From Candidatus Pelagibacter sp. HTCC7211 (GTDB lineage: Bacteria > Pseudomonadota > Alphaproteobacteria > Pelagibacterales > Pelagibacteraceae), in NCBI RefSeq assembly GCF_000155895.1, contig NZ_DS995298.1, positions 420,001-452,000 of the forward strand: 32,000 nucleotides of DNA, given 5' to 3'. Positions 1 to 11,082 of the stretch are shown here, piece after piece. The translations under genes and the position numbers were made by a program. The notes below the pieces were generated by a model that was not told the DNA's origin, did no database searches, and saw nothing but the letters and a program-made list of their open reading frames with translations. How positions within the stretch are numbered: the first letter of the stretch is position 1; each line of letters begins with the position of its first letter.

Positions 1-1843
<1,843 letters not shown>

Positions 1844-1869
1844 TATTTAGATTTTTAAACTTAGAATAA

Positions 1870-2781
1870 ATGATCAAGTCTAAATTAAAAAATAGAAACC
1901 TAAGTCAAGAAGACGTTTTTAATTTTTCTGAGCTTTTTAAGCTTATGAAGCCAAGAGTGATGTCATTAGTTATATTCACATGTGCTGTTGGATTATTAAT
2001 GGCACCAAATATAGTTCCTACAAAAGATGCAATAATAGGAATTATATTAGTTTCTATTGGCGCAGGAGCTGCGGGTGCGTTGAATATGTGGTACGAGTCT
2101 GATCTTGATGCTTTGATGACAAGGACTTGTTTAAGACCAATTCCAACGGGCAAAGTTAATAGAAATCAGGCTTTAGTTTTTGGTATTACTCTGTCAATAT
2201 TTTCTGTAATTGCTCTTGATTTCTTTGCTAACAGAATTTCAGCAAGCTTGTTGTTATCTACGATTTTATTTTATGTTTTTGTATATACAATATGGTTAAA
2301 AAGAAAAACTCCTCAAAACATTGTAATAGGAGGGGCTGCAGGAGCTTTACCACCAGTAATTGGCTGGACTATTGCTACAAACTCTCTTTCTTTAGAGCCC
2401 ATAACTTTTTTTTTAATTATCTTTTTTTGGACACCATCACATTTTTGGGCATTGAGCCTTTATAAATCAAGCGATTATAAAAAAGCAAAGATACCTATGC
2501 TTCCTATTACCAATGGTATTGAAAGTACAAAGTTAAATATACTCATATATTCTATTATTATGCTGCCGGTAATTATCCTGCCTTATGCAATTGGCTTTGT
2601 GAGTTTAATATTTTTAATTCCATCTTTAATTTTGACATTATATTACAATTTTTTATGTTTTGAGCTTTACAACTATAAAAAAAATAAATTTAATGCGAAA
2701 AAAGCAAAATCTATATTTGGATATTCAATTTTATATTTATTTTTGATATTTGTTCTTTTTTTAATAGATAAAATTTTATGA
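1870..2781 (+). CDS. ctaB: Protoheme IX farnesyltransferase (heme O synthase)
   Basis: 303 aa UbiA-family polytopic prenyltransferase with an Asp-rich segment (NMWYESDLDALMTRT) and GGAAGALPP. It occupies the typical position inside the cox cluster. Confidence 0.93.
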   Translation: MIKSKLKNRNLSQEDVFNFSELFKLMKPRVMSLVIFTCAVGLLMAPNIVPTKDAIIGIILVSIGAGAAGALNMWYESDLDALMTRTCLRPIPTGKVNRNQALVFGITLSIFSVIALDFFANRISASLLLSTILFYVFVYTIWLKRKTPQNIVIGGAAGALPPVIGWTIATNSLSLEPITFFLIIFFWTPSHFWALSLYKSSDYKKAKIPMLPITNGIESTKLNILIYSIIMLPVIILPYAIGFVSLIFLIPSLILTLYYNFLCFELYNYKKNKFNAKKAKSIFGYSILYLFLIFVLFLIDKIL

Positions 2782-2903
2782 TGATACCTGATAAAAAGAC
2801 TAAAAAGAAAAATATTCTAACTGCTGTATTAATTTTAGCGTTTATGGTTTTTTTATTTGTATTTACTTTATATAATGTTGGAGTATTCGATAGACAGATA
2901 TGA
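2778..2903 (+). CDS. Small single-pass membrane protein (41 aa) wedged between ctaB and ctaG; not in the ORF track
   Basis: My translation is MMIPDKKTKKKNILTAVLILAFMVFLFVFTLYNVGVFDRQI. Its ATG overlaps the ctaB stop (ATGA at 2778-2781) and its stop overlaps the ctaG start (ATGA at 2900-2903). It has a basic N-terminus plus one about 20-aa hydrophobic helix and fills an otherwise 118-bp gap in a genome with almost no gaps. Confidence 0.55.
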   Translation: MMIPDKKTKKKNILTAVLILAFMVFLFVFTLYNVGVFDRQI

Positions 2904-3433
2904 TTAAGAAGAAAACTTTAACACCAGTTTTGCTAGGAGGTATTTTTTTTCTTATGTTGGGACTTTCTTTTGCTGCAGTTCCACTTTATGATGCATTTTG
3001 TAGGATAACTGGATTTGGAGGCACAACTCAAGTATCTAAAGAAGCTCCAAATATTATATTGGATAAAGTGGTAAGCGTTAGATTTGATACTAACGTAAAT
3101 AATCTTGAATGGGACTTTAAAGCCAAAAAAAATGTTATTGATGTTAAGGTTGGACAGGTCAATAGAATAGAGTTTGAAGTAGAAAATTATGGGGAAGACA
3201 CGACATATGGTGTTGCAAGTTTTAATGTTTCGCCAGCTAGTTTTGGTAAATATTATAGTAAATTAGGTTGTTTTTGTTTTGAAAAACAGGCTCTTAAAGC
3301 TGGAGAGAAGGCCACTTATGTGATGACTTTTTATTTAGATCCAGAGCTTGTAAATGATCCAACCACAAAAAATTTACAGGATGTAACTATGTCGTACACT
3401 TTTTTCTCGACAGATTACTATAAACAATCATAA
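2900..3433 (+). CDS. ctaG: Cytochrome c oxidase assembly protein CtaG/Cox11 (CuB chaperone)
   Basis: 177 aa with an N-terminal TM anchor, then a soluble domain carrying the Cox11 CFCF copper motif (LGCFCFEKQ). Confidence 0.92.
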   Translation: MIKKKTLTPVLLGGIFFLMLGLSFAAVPLYDAFCRITGFGGTTQVSKEAPNIILDKVVSVRFDTNVNNLEWDFKAKKNVIDVKVGQVNRIEFEVENYGEDTTYGVASFNVSPASFGKYYSKLGCFCFEKQALKAGEKATYVMTFYLDPELVNDPTTKNLQDVTMSYTFFSTDYYKQS

Positions 3434-3442
3434 TCACGAAAA

Positions 3443-4231
3443 ATGTCAGCTGAAAAAAAACATGATTACCACCTAGTAGACCCAAGTCCTTGGCCTATTT
3501 ACGTTTCATTTTCTTGTCTAGTTTTAGCAATTGGTACAATCTTTTATATGCACAATGATGTTTCTTGGGGAATGTACTTAGGGTTAGCATTAGTTTTATA
3601 TGGTGCTTATATGTGGTTCAGGGATGTTGTGATTGAAGCAGAACATCAAGGACACCATACACCTGTCGTTCAAATTCATCATCGTTACGGAATGACGTTG
3701 TTTATTGCATCAGAAGTCATGTTTTTTGTGGCATGGTTCTGGGCATATTTTGATATTAGTTTATTTCCAAACGAGTTTGTTGGAAATGTCTGGCCTCCAA
3801 AAGATATCGAAACTTTTGATCCTTGGGACATACCATTAATCAATACTCTTGTATTGTTGCTATCAGGAACTACTGTAACATGGGCCCATCACTCGTTAAT
3901 AGAAGGTGATAGAAAAGGATTTATTCAAGGCTTAACTTCAACCGTTATTTTAGGTTTCTTTTTTACTCTACTTCAAGCTTATGAATATCATCATGCAACT
4001 TTTGATTATTCTGGTCATATTTATGGAGCTGTATTTTACATGGCAACAGGCTTTCATGGTTTTCACGTTATAATTGGAACAATATTTTTAGCTGTATGTT
4101 TGTGGAGAGGTAAATTGGGTCATTTTACAAAAGATCATCATTTTGGATTTGAGGCAGCAGCATGGTATTGGCACTTTGTCGATGTTGTTTGGTTATTCTT
4201 ATTTGCAGCTATTTATATTTGGGGAAGTTAA
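3443..4231 (+). CDS. coxC: Cytochrome c oxidase subunit III
   Basis: 262 aa, 7 TM, with HDYHLVDPSPWP at the N-terminus, plus GFHGFHVIIGT and WYWHFVDVVWLFLF. Confidence 0.97.
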   Translation: MSAEKKHDYHLVDPSPWPIYVSFSCLVLAIGTIFYMHNDVSWGMYLGLALVLYGAYMWFRDVVIEAEHQGHHTPVVQIHHRYGMTLFIASEVMFFVAWFWAYFDISLFPNEFVGNVWPPKDIETFDPWDIPLINTLVLLLSGTTVTWAHHSLIEGDRKGFIQGLTSTVILGFFFTLLQAYEYHHATFDYSGHIYGAVFYMATGFHGFHVIIGTIFLAVCLWRGKLGHFTKDHHFGFEAAAWYWHFVDVVWLFLFAAIYIWGS

Positions 4232-4241
4232 CATTTAACTC

Positions 4242-4895
4242 TTGAAGAATAAGTTTCTATTTTCGGTTTTTGTTTACTTTATTATTTTGGTGTTGTTATC
4301 ATTAGGATCTTGGCAACTTTATAGATTAAATTGGAAATTAAATTTATTATCAGAAATTGAAAATTCCCTTAAAAATGATCCTGTTGAATTTTCTGAGGTT
4401 GATAAAAAAAATTACTTAAGAATTAAAACTTCAGGAATTATTGATTTTAATAAACAAATTTATTTATATAATTTAAATGAAAGTGGAAAACCAGGTTTTG
4501 AAGTAATTAACCCTATTATAATAAATAATGAGAATTACTTAATCAATAGAGGATGGATACCATTTGACAAAAAAGATAGACCTGAAATTAATTTAATTAA
4601 TGAAAGCAGTATAATTGGAACATTAAAACAACAACATAAAGCAAGCACATTTAAACCAGATAATGATTTAAATAAAAATTATTGGTTTACTCTAAATAGA
4701 GAAGATATTTTCAAATACACTGGAAAAAAATTTTCTGATTATATCATTTACTTAAACGGTGATTATAAATTGCCGAAACCCAAAGTGATTACTGCAAATA
4801 TTTCAAACAATCACAAAAAGTATGCAATTACTTGGTTTTCAATGGCGATTTCAATTCTTTTGATATATCTATATTTTAGAAAAAAAAATTATTAG
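4242..4895 (+). CDS. SURF1/Shy1-family cytochrome oxidase biogenesis protein
   Basis: 217 aa with a TTG start at 4242. It has N- and C-terminal TM helices, the GSWQLYRLNWK motif typical of SURF1, and follows coxC directly. Confidence 0.85.
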   Translation: MKNKFLFSVFVYFIILVLLSLGSWQLYRLNWKLNLLSEIENSLKNDPVEFSEVDKKNYLRIKTSGIIDFNKQIYLYNLNESGKPGFEVINPIIINNENYLINRGWIPFDKKDRPEINLINESSIIGTLKQQHKASTFKPDNDLNKNYWFTLNREDIFKYTGKKFSDYIIYLNGDYKLPKPKVITANISNNHKKYAITWFSMAISILLIYLYFRKKNY

Positions 4896-6278
4896 ATGAA
4901 GTATATAAGCACAAGAGACAGATCAAAAACCTTTGAGTTTAGTGAAGTTTTTATAAAAGGGCTTGCTGATGATGGGGGCCTTTTTATCCCAGAGACTTTA
5001 CACGAATACACTGAGTCTGAAATAAGTGAATTTAAAGAACTAGGTTATTCAGAACTAGCAAAAAAAATTATTCATCCTTTTATTGGTAATTTTACTTCGG
5101 AGGATGAGTTAAGCAAAATAATAGAAAAATCTTATGGAGTTTTTAGAAAAGAGAATGTTATTGAACTTATTAAAGTGGGTGACCGCTCTGTACTTGAATT
5201 ATTTCATGGTCCAACTTTAGCTTTCAAAGATGTTGCTATGCAACTCTTAGGCAATTTTTATGAATATTATTTAAACAACGCAAATGAAAAAATTAATATT
5301 GTAGTTGCTACCTCAGGGGATACCGGGGCAGCAGCTATTGATGCAATTAAAGGAAAAAAAAATTTAAATATATTTGTTCTTCATCCTTATAATCGTATTT
5401 CACCAGTTCAAAGAAAATTAATGACAACTGGAAAAGAAAAAAATGTATTTAATATTGCCGTTAAAGGTAATTTTGATGATTGTCAAAATTTAGTTAAATC
5501 TATGTTTTCAGATAAAGAATTTTCTAATCAGATAAACATGTCTGGGGTTAATTCAATAAATTGGGCCCGAATTATTGCGCAAAGTGTATATTATTTTTAT
5601 TGTTATCTTTTAGTTGAGGATCACAAACAACCAATAAATTTTTCAGTCCCAACTGGAAATTTTGGAGATGTTTATGCTGGCTATTTGGCAAAAAAGTTAG
5701 GTCTTCCAATTAATAAATTAATAGTAGCCACAAACCAAAATGATATTTTACATAGAGCTATATCAGAGGGTAAATATGAGGCCACACATGTCTCAGAAAC
5801 TATTTCACCAAGTATGGATATACAAATTGCAAGTAATTTTGAGAGACTAATTTATGACTTAAACGACCATGATAGTTCACAAACTTTAGATGATATGAAA
5901 AATATTAAACAGAATGGTCAATATATAATTAACAATGAGAAATTAAAAAAAATTAATAAAGATTTTCTATCAGCTAGAATGAGTGAGCAGCAGACACTAG
6001 ATGTAATAAAAAATATTTATGAAAAATTTAATATGATTTTAGATCCACATACTGCAATAGGATATGGTGCTTTTGATAAACATAATTTAAAAGGAAATAA
6101 TATTGTTCTTGCAACAGCACATCCATGTAAATTTCCAGATGCAATTTTAAAAGCTATAAATTTAAAATCTGATTTACCAGAAGAACTGAGGTTTATTTTG
6201 GACGATAAAGAAAATTATGGTATAATTGAAAATAATCTCAAAAAAATTAAACAATATATTTTAGGAAAAATTAAATGA
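4896..6278 (+). CDS. thrC: Threonine synthase
   Basis: 460 aa with the PLP-lysine motif HGPTLAFKD and the SGDTGAAA loop. The start abuts the SURF1 stop (TAGATG). Confidence 0.93.
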   Translation: MKYISTRDRSKTFEFSEVFIKGLADDGGLFIPETLHEYTESEISEFKELGYSELAKKIIHPFIGNFTSEDELSKIIEKSYGVFRKENVIELIKVGDRSVLELFHGPTLAFKDVAMQLLGNFYEYYLNNANEKINIVVATSGDTGAAAIDAIKGKKNLNIFVLHPYNRISPVQRKLMTTGKEKNVFNIAVKGNFDDCQNLVKSMFSDKEFSNQINMSGVNSINWARIIAQSVYYFYCYLLVEDHKQPINFSVPTGNFGDVYAGYLAKKLGLPINKLIVATNQNDILHRAISEGKYEATHVSETISPSMDIQIASNFERLIYDLNDHDSSQTLDDMKNIKQNGQYIINNEKLKKINKDFLSARMSEQQTLDVIKNIYEKFNMILDPHTAIGYGAFDKHNLKGNNIVLATAHPCKFPDAILKAINLKSDLPEELRFILDDKENYGIIENNLKKIKQYILGKIK

Positions 6279-6763
6279 AAATTAAAGAAGGAGATAAAAT
6301 TCCAAACTCAGAATTTTATTATTTAGATGAAAGTGATGTGCTAAAAAAAATATTTACTTCTGAGTTGTTTGATAACAATAAAACAATAGTTATTGGGGTT
6401 CCTGGAGCTTTTACGAAAGTTTGTTCAGCGAAACATTTACCGGGTTATGTAAACAATTTTGAAGTAGCTAAAAAAAAGGGAATTTCTAAAATTATTTGTG
6501 TCTCAGTAAATGATCCAAATGTGATGAAAGCTTGGGGTGATAGTCAAAAGGTAGAAAATAAAATTTTTATGGCAGCCGATCCATACTGTGAATTTACTAA
6601 ATCAATAGGTGCTGATATTGATAGATTTGATAGAGGTCAAGGAATGAGATCAACAAGATATACTATGCTTGTCGAGAACAATATTGCAACTAAAATAAAA
6701 GCTGAGGAAGATACAGCTACTTGTGAAATTTCTGCAGCAGAGAATTTTTTAGACTCAATTTAA
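6275..6763 (+). CDS. Peroxiredoxin, Prx5/PrxD-like (AhpC/TSA family)
   Basis: 162 aa. VPGAFTKVCSAKHLPGY matches the PGAFTxxCS..HLP peroxidatic-Cys motif of Prx5-type peroxiredoxins. It overlaps thrC by ATGA. Confidence 0.87.
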   Translation: MKIKEGDKIPNSEFYYLDESDVLKKIFTSELFDNNKTIVIGVPGAFTKVCSAKHLPGYVNNFEVAKKKGISKIICVSVNDPNVMKAWGDSQKVENKIFMAADPYCEFTKSIGADIDRFDRGQGMRSTRYTMLVENNIATKIKAEEDTATCEISAAENFLDSI

Positions 6764-7180
6764 ATTAGCTGCTTCTTTAGCCAAAATATCTACTTCTTCA
6801 TTCATAGGGTCGCCTGCATGTGCTTTAACCCAATTCCACTTTACATTTAAAGATTGATTTAAATTGTAAAGCTCTACCCACAAATCTTTATTTTTTACAT
6901 CCTCTTTTTTTGCAGTTTGCCAATTGTTGTTTACCCATTTATTTATCCATTCAGTTATACCTAACTTTACATATTGAGAGTCAGTGAAAATTTCTATTTT
7001 AGATTTAGTATCAATTTTTTTCAAAGCATTAATTGGTGCTAAAAGTTCCATTCTATTGTTTGTTGTATTTTTCTCACTTCCTGTAATTTTTTTTATCTTA
7101 CCGTCTTGACTAATAATTGCTGCCCATCCGCCATTTCCAGGGTTTGTTAAACAGGAACCGTCAGTATAAATTGTGATCAT
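6755..7180 (-). CDS. rnhA: Ribonuclease HI
   Basis: 141 aa with the RNase H fold motifs IYTDGSC, NNRMEL, IFTDSQY and a C-terminal acidic residue in NEEVDILAKEA. Its start overlaps the thrB stop (TAATG). Confidence 0.93.
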   Translation of the reverse strand: MITIYTDGSCLTNPGNGGWAAIISQDGKIKKITGSEKNTTNNRMELLAPINALKKIDTKSKIEIFTDSQYVKLGITEWINKWVNNNWQTAKKEDVKNKDLWVELYNLNQSLNVKWNWVKAHAGDPMNEEVDILAKEAANLN

Positions 7181-8145
7181 TAAAACAGATAATCTCTATA
7201 TGAGCTTAAATTATTGTGTGTAATAAGTTTTTGATAATATTCATTAGGGTCTTTTATTTGTATTAAGGCTGTTTTAGGAGTATTTGAGTAATCATATAAT
7301 CTTGTAAGCAAATATCTAATAGCAGCACCTCTACATAAAATATTTAGTGATTTTTTCTCTCCAATTGTAATTTTTCTAACAGATTCATAACCTTTAATTA
7401 AGTTTTTTACTTTTTGTTTATTAATTAAAAATTTATTTTTCTTTTTATCAAAACATAATGCATTAATACAAATAGCTATTTCATACATAAAAAAATCATT
7501 AGCAGCAAAATAAAAGTCAATTACTCCTGAAAGCTTATCTTTATTAAAAAATATATTATCAACAAATAAATCACCATGAATTATTCCATAGGGTAATTTT
7601 TCGGGCCAATTTTTTTTTATGTTACTTAAATTTTGCATCAAAAATTTTTCTAAATTAGAATTTTTTTTAGATTTAAATTTGATACTTTTTAATAAAGGGT
7701 TTAATTTTTTAATTCCCATGGAATTTTTCCTTGAAAATTTTAACTTTTTTGTAATGGAATGCATTTGTGAAATTATTTTGCCAACCTGATAACAATTATT
7801 TAAATTTAAAGTCTGCTTATCTTTTCCTTTTAAAAATGTAACTACACATGCAGTTTTATTTTTTAATTTTATAAGGTAATTTCCATTTCTATCCTTAAGA
7901 GGTTTTGGACAACTAATCTTTGATTGGTTTAAATTATCCATAAGTTTCATAAAAAAAGGTATTTCTTTATTAGAAACTCTCTTTTCAAAAATAGTTAATA
8001 TAAATTTTTCTTTTTTTGTTTTTAATAAGTAATTGGTATTTTCAATACCTTTCTTAATTCCCTGAAAACTTTTAATTTCATCAATATTAAACTTAGAATT
8101 TATTAAATGAATATCTTTACTAATAATCTTTGTATAAACAGCCAT
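7180..8145 (-). CDS. thrB: Homoserine kinase type II (aminoglycoside-phosphotransferase-fold ThrB)
   Basis: 321 aa APH/choline-kinase-like protein with catalytic HGDLFVDNIFF and VIDFYFA motifs. The family call is firm. Substrate is inferred from resemblance to alphaproteobacterial ThrB2. Confidence 0.78.
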   Translation of the reverse strand: MAVYTKIISKDIHLINSKFNIDEIKSFQGIKKGIENTNYLLKTKKEKFILTIFEKRVSNKEIPFFMKLMDNLNQSKISCPKPLKDRNGNYLIKLKNKTACVVTFLKGKDKQTLNLNNCYQVGKIISQMHSITKKLKFSRKNSMGIKKLNPLLKSIKFKSKKNSNLEKFLMQNLSNIKKNWPEKLPYGIIHGDLFVDNIFFNKDKLSGVIDFYFAANDFFMYEIAICINALCFDKKKNKFLINKQKVKNLIKGYESVRKITIGEKKSLNILCRGAAIRYLLTRLYDYSNTPKTALIQIKDPNEYYQKLITHNNLSSYRDYLF

Positions 8146-9090
8146 TTAGTTTAATTTTTTTGGGATTTTAAATATAACGTCTTCTTTAATTATTTCTACT
8201 TCATCTATATTAATAGTAAATCTTTTTTTTAATTCACTTATAAAATTTTCTACTAAGACTTCAGGTGCTGATGCTCCAGAAGATATTCCAATAGTATTTG
8301 CGTTTTCGATTTTTTCAAATGGTATTTCACTTTGAGAATGTATTAAGTAAGAACTAGGGCAGCCTGATTTTTTTGCAACCTCAACAAGTCTTACGGAGTT
8401 TGAAGAATTTCTGCTACCAATTACAAAAAAAATATCACATTTTTTTGCTATATTTTTAACAGCCATTTGTCTATTCGTGGTTGCATAACAAATATCCTCT
8501 TTAGGTGTTTCTTGAATATCTTTAAATTTTTTCTTCAAAATTTTAATAATATCTTTTGTGTCATCCACAGATAAAGTTGTCTGTGTCACATAAGCAATTT
8601 TTTTATTAAGTTTATTTTTATAGTTTAAAGCTTCGTCTTCATTTTGGATTAGATCAATAGTTCCTTCAGGTAATTGACCCATGGTACCTATTACTTCTGG
8701 GTGATTTTCATGTCCAATTAAAATTATATGATATCCAGCTTTATAAAGATTTTCCGCTTCTCTATGTACTTTTGAAACTAATGGACATGTTGCATCAACA
8801 TAAGTCATATTATAATTTTTAGCATCTTCATGTATTTTTTTTGGCACTCCATGTGCAGAAAAAATCACTGGTCTTGATTTATCTTTAATTTCCTCTATCT
8901 CTTCAACAAATATTGCCCCTTTATTTTTTAAATCATCTACAACATATTTATTGTGAACAATCTCATGACGGACGTAAACCGGAATCCCATACTTTTCCAG
9001 AGATTTTTCAACTATTTCAATAGCTCTTTCAACTCCAGCACAAAATCCTCGAGGAGCAGAAAGTAAAATTTTTTTTTCTTTATTTTTCAT
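8146..9090 (-). CDS. ispH: 4-hydroxy-3-methylbut-2-enyl diphosphate reductase (last MEP-pathway step, makes IPP/DMAPP)
   Basis: 314 aa with the N-terminal PRGFCAGVERAI and the conserved Cys contexts ATCPLVSKVH and ICYATTNRQ of IspH/LytB. Confidence 0.95.
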   Translation of the reverse strand: MKNKEKKILLSAPRGFCAGVERAIEIVEKSLEKYGIPVYVRHEIVHNKYVVDDLKNKGAIFVEEIEEIKDKSRPVIFSAHGVPKKIHEDAKNYNMTYVDATCPLVSKVHREAENLYKAGYHIILIGHENHPEVIGTMGQLPEGTIDLIQNEDEALNYKNKLNKKIAYVTQTTLSVDDTKDIIKILKKKFKDIQETPKEDICYATTNRQMAVKNIAKKCDIFFVIGSRNSSNSVRLVEVAKKSGCPSSYLIHSQSEIPFEKIENANTIGISSGASAPEVLVENFISELKKRFTINIDEVEIIKEDVIFKIPKKLN

Positions 9091-10045
9091 ATTTTTCTAA
9101 AAAATATTCCAGCAATATATGTGGAAAGGTCAAAGACGCCAAACCTATAAATATTATTTTCAAAATGGAACTATTTAAATCATAGTTATTATTTAATAAA
9201 TATAGACCAATTAAACAAAAAATACCTGTTAGGATTGTTAATGGTATAGCTTTTTTAACGAATATTTTAATACCATTAGTAAAATCTTGACTATCGATCT
9301 CATAAATTAAAGACATGCTATGTCTCACTGAGTGCAAGAAACAAAAATAAATAGTGAAAGCTACCAAAGGAGAAAGATAATAATTTAATATTAAAATTGA
9401 AAAATAATCTAAGAAAATTGAAAATTTCTTTAAATTGAACTCCTTTAAAAATAGATAAATACTAGAAAGTGTACTTAAAATAATCAAAATAGGTAATATC
9501 TTGTTAGACTCTATAAAATCTAAAGTTAAATAAAAATTTTCATTATCAACCAATATCAGTTTAAATATTGATACCGTTTCATCAAAGTTGAAAAATATTG
9601 GCGCAAGTATGATTAATAATCCTTTGAAGAAAAAGAGCAATTGAATGAAAATAGATACTTTATTTATCAAAAATTGAGTATCCTCCTTTCCAAAATGGTA
9701 AGATGCTACAAGCAAAAAAACAATTAATGAAATTGATGGCATGAATATCCATATAGCAATTATTAAAATTGATATTGAAATATAGGAAATATAAAAAATT
9801 GAAATTGAATTAATATTAAAAATTTTAAAAAGTTTTCTACCTTTCTCATGATCCAAAGATCCATGAGATATACCAATTATCAAGATTAAAATAAGACATA
9901 TTAATGATGAAATATTAAAATTACTTAATTTAAAGACTATAAAAGAAAAAATATTACAAAATAAAAAAAAAATAAATGAATGATTTAAATTAATTTTTTT
10001 TATTTGATTATTCATATTTAAAATAGTTGTTTTAAAAACATCCAT
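9080..10045 (-). CDS. blh: Brp/Blh-family beta-carotene 15,15'-dioxygenase (retinal-forming)
   Basis: 321 aa, very hydrophobic polytopic protein with four His-containing motifs (GISHGSLDH, ASYHFGKED, FLHSVRHS, FPHILLE) as in the Brp/Blh family. It lies immediately downstream of crtY. An alternative ATG at 10015 would remove the 28-nt overlap with crtY. Confidence 0.8.
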   Translation of the reverse strand: MDVFKTTILNMNNQIKKINLNHSFIFFLFCNIFSFIVFKLSNFNISSLICLILILIIGISHGSLDHEKGRKLFKIFNINSISIFYISYISISILIIAIWIFMPSISLIVFLLVASYHFGKEDTQFLINKVSIFIQLLFFFKGLLIILAPIFFNFDETVSIFKLILVDNENFYLTLDFIESNKILPILIILSTLSSIYLFLKEFNLKKFSIFLDYFSILILNYYLSPLVAFTIYFCFLHSVRHSMSLIYEIDSQDFTNGIKIFVKKAIPLTILTGIFCLIGLYLLNNNYDLNSSILKIIFIGLASLTFPHILLEYFLEKYEK

Positions 10046-11082
10046 TTAGGCATCTTCATAATTATAGAAAAATCTTCAAGTATTTTACTTTTATTTGAAA
10101 GAAAGTTGATTACTGTATTTGGAGGGCAATTAAACATTTTGTAAAATATTTTTGGCATTTTCTTTGGATTTTTTTTTAAAACTTTTAAAAAAATGTTATC
10201 TAAAAATTGATATTTTTTATTTATAGAAAACAACTCTTTTTCTCTAATTTTATTGATATTTTGCCTGATATATTTGCTTTGATCTTGAATATTTAAAAAT
10301 GTATAGCCAGTGCTTAATCTAGTCATTCCTCCTGCTGTACCAATTTCAATTTGGTTTAATTTTTTAATATACTTGGGATGAAACAAAGGAATTTGACCTG
10401 TTTCTTTATAATTTATTTTATAGTTTTTAATTTTTAAATTATTTTCAATATAATTTTTTAATTGGTTATCATAATCTTTTAGTGTGGGATCATTAAGATT
10501 AGAAATCCAAGTAGTTTCTACTAATGCTTTAGTTTTTGAATAAGGTAAAGTGTAAAAGAAATGTACACTATCTTTCTGATCACAATCAAAATCCATTAAA
10601 TTAAATATCTCATCATCAAAAATCTCTTTTTCAGTCTCTATTTCAATTCCTGAAAAATGTTGCCATAAACTTTCTTTATTTTCTGAAACATTACAAACAC
10701 TATTAAAAATAAAAGAATTTTCAGTTTTTATTTCTTTAATATCTTTAAAAAATTGAATGTTATTATTTTGTTGTAAATTATTGATTATTTTTTTATAAAA
10801 TAATCCACTATCAATGGTTTGATAAGGAGTACTTTTGCATTCAATATGTTTTGTATGATGAGGGATATTAATTGTAAAATTAGTCCAATTTTTTTTCACA
10901 CAGTCTTCGAAGTTATGAGATGAAACTCTCCAATAAGACCATGTTTTATCTCTTTTGTATTCATCACGATTTTCGATAATAGCCAAAGTTTTATCAGATA
11001 ATTCTGAATTAATGTTTAATTCGTACGCTAGGGATAAACCTGCGCAACCACCTCCATTAATTACATAGTCAAATTCTTTCAT
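10018..11082 (-). CDS. crtY: Lycopene beta-cyclase (CrtY-type)
   Basis: 354 aa with the N-terminal dinucleotide-binding fold DYVINGGGCAGLSLA. Its position between crtB and blh fits the canonical crtIBY-blh order. Confidence 0.8.
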   Translation of the reverse strand: MKEFDYVINGGGCAGLSLAYELNINSELSDKTLAIIENRDEYKRDKTWSYWRVSSHNFEDCVKKNWTNFTINIPHHTKHIECKSTPYQTIDSGLFYKKIINNLQQNNNIQFFKDIKEIKTENSFIFNSVCNVSENKESLWQHFSGIEIETEKEIFDDEIFNLMDFDCDQKDSVHFFYTLPYSKTKALVETTWISNLNDPTLKDYDNQLKNYIENNLKIKNYKINYKETGQIPLFHPKYIKKLNQIEIGTAGGMTRLSTGYTFLNIQDQSKYIRQNINKIREKELFSINKKYQFLDNIFLKVLKKNPKKMPKIFYKMFNCPPNTVINFLSNKSKILEDFSIIMKMPKWMFLKQLF

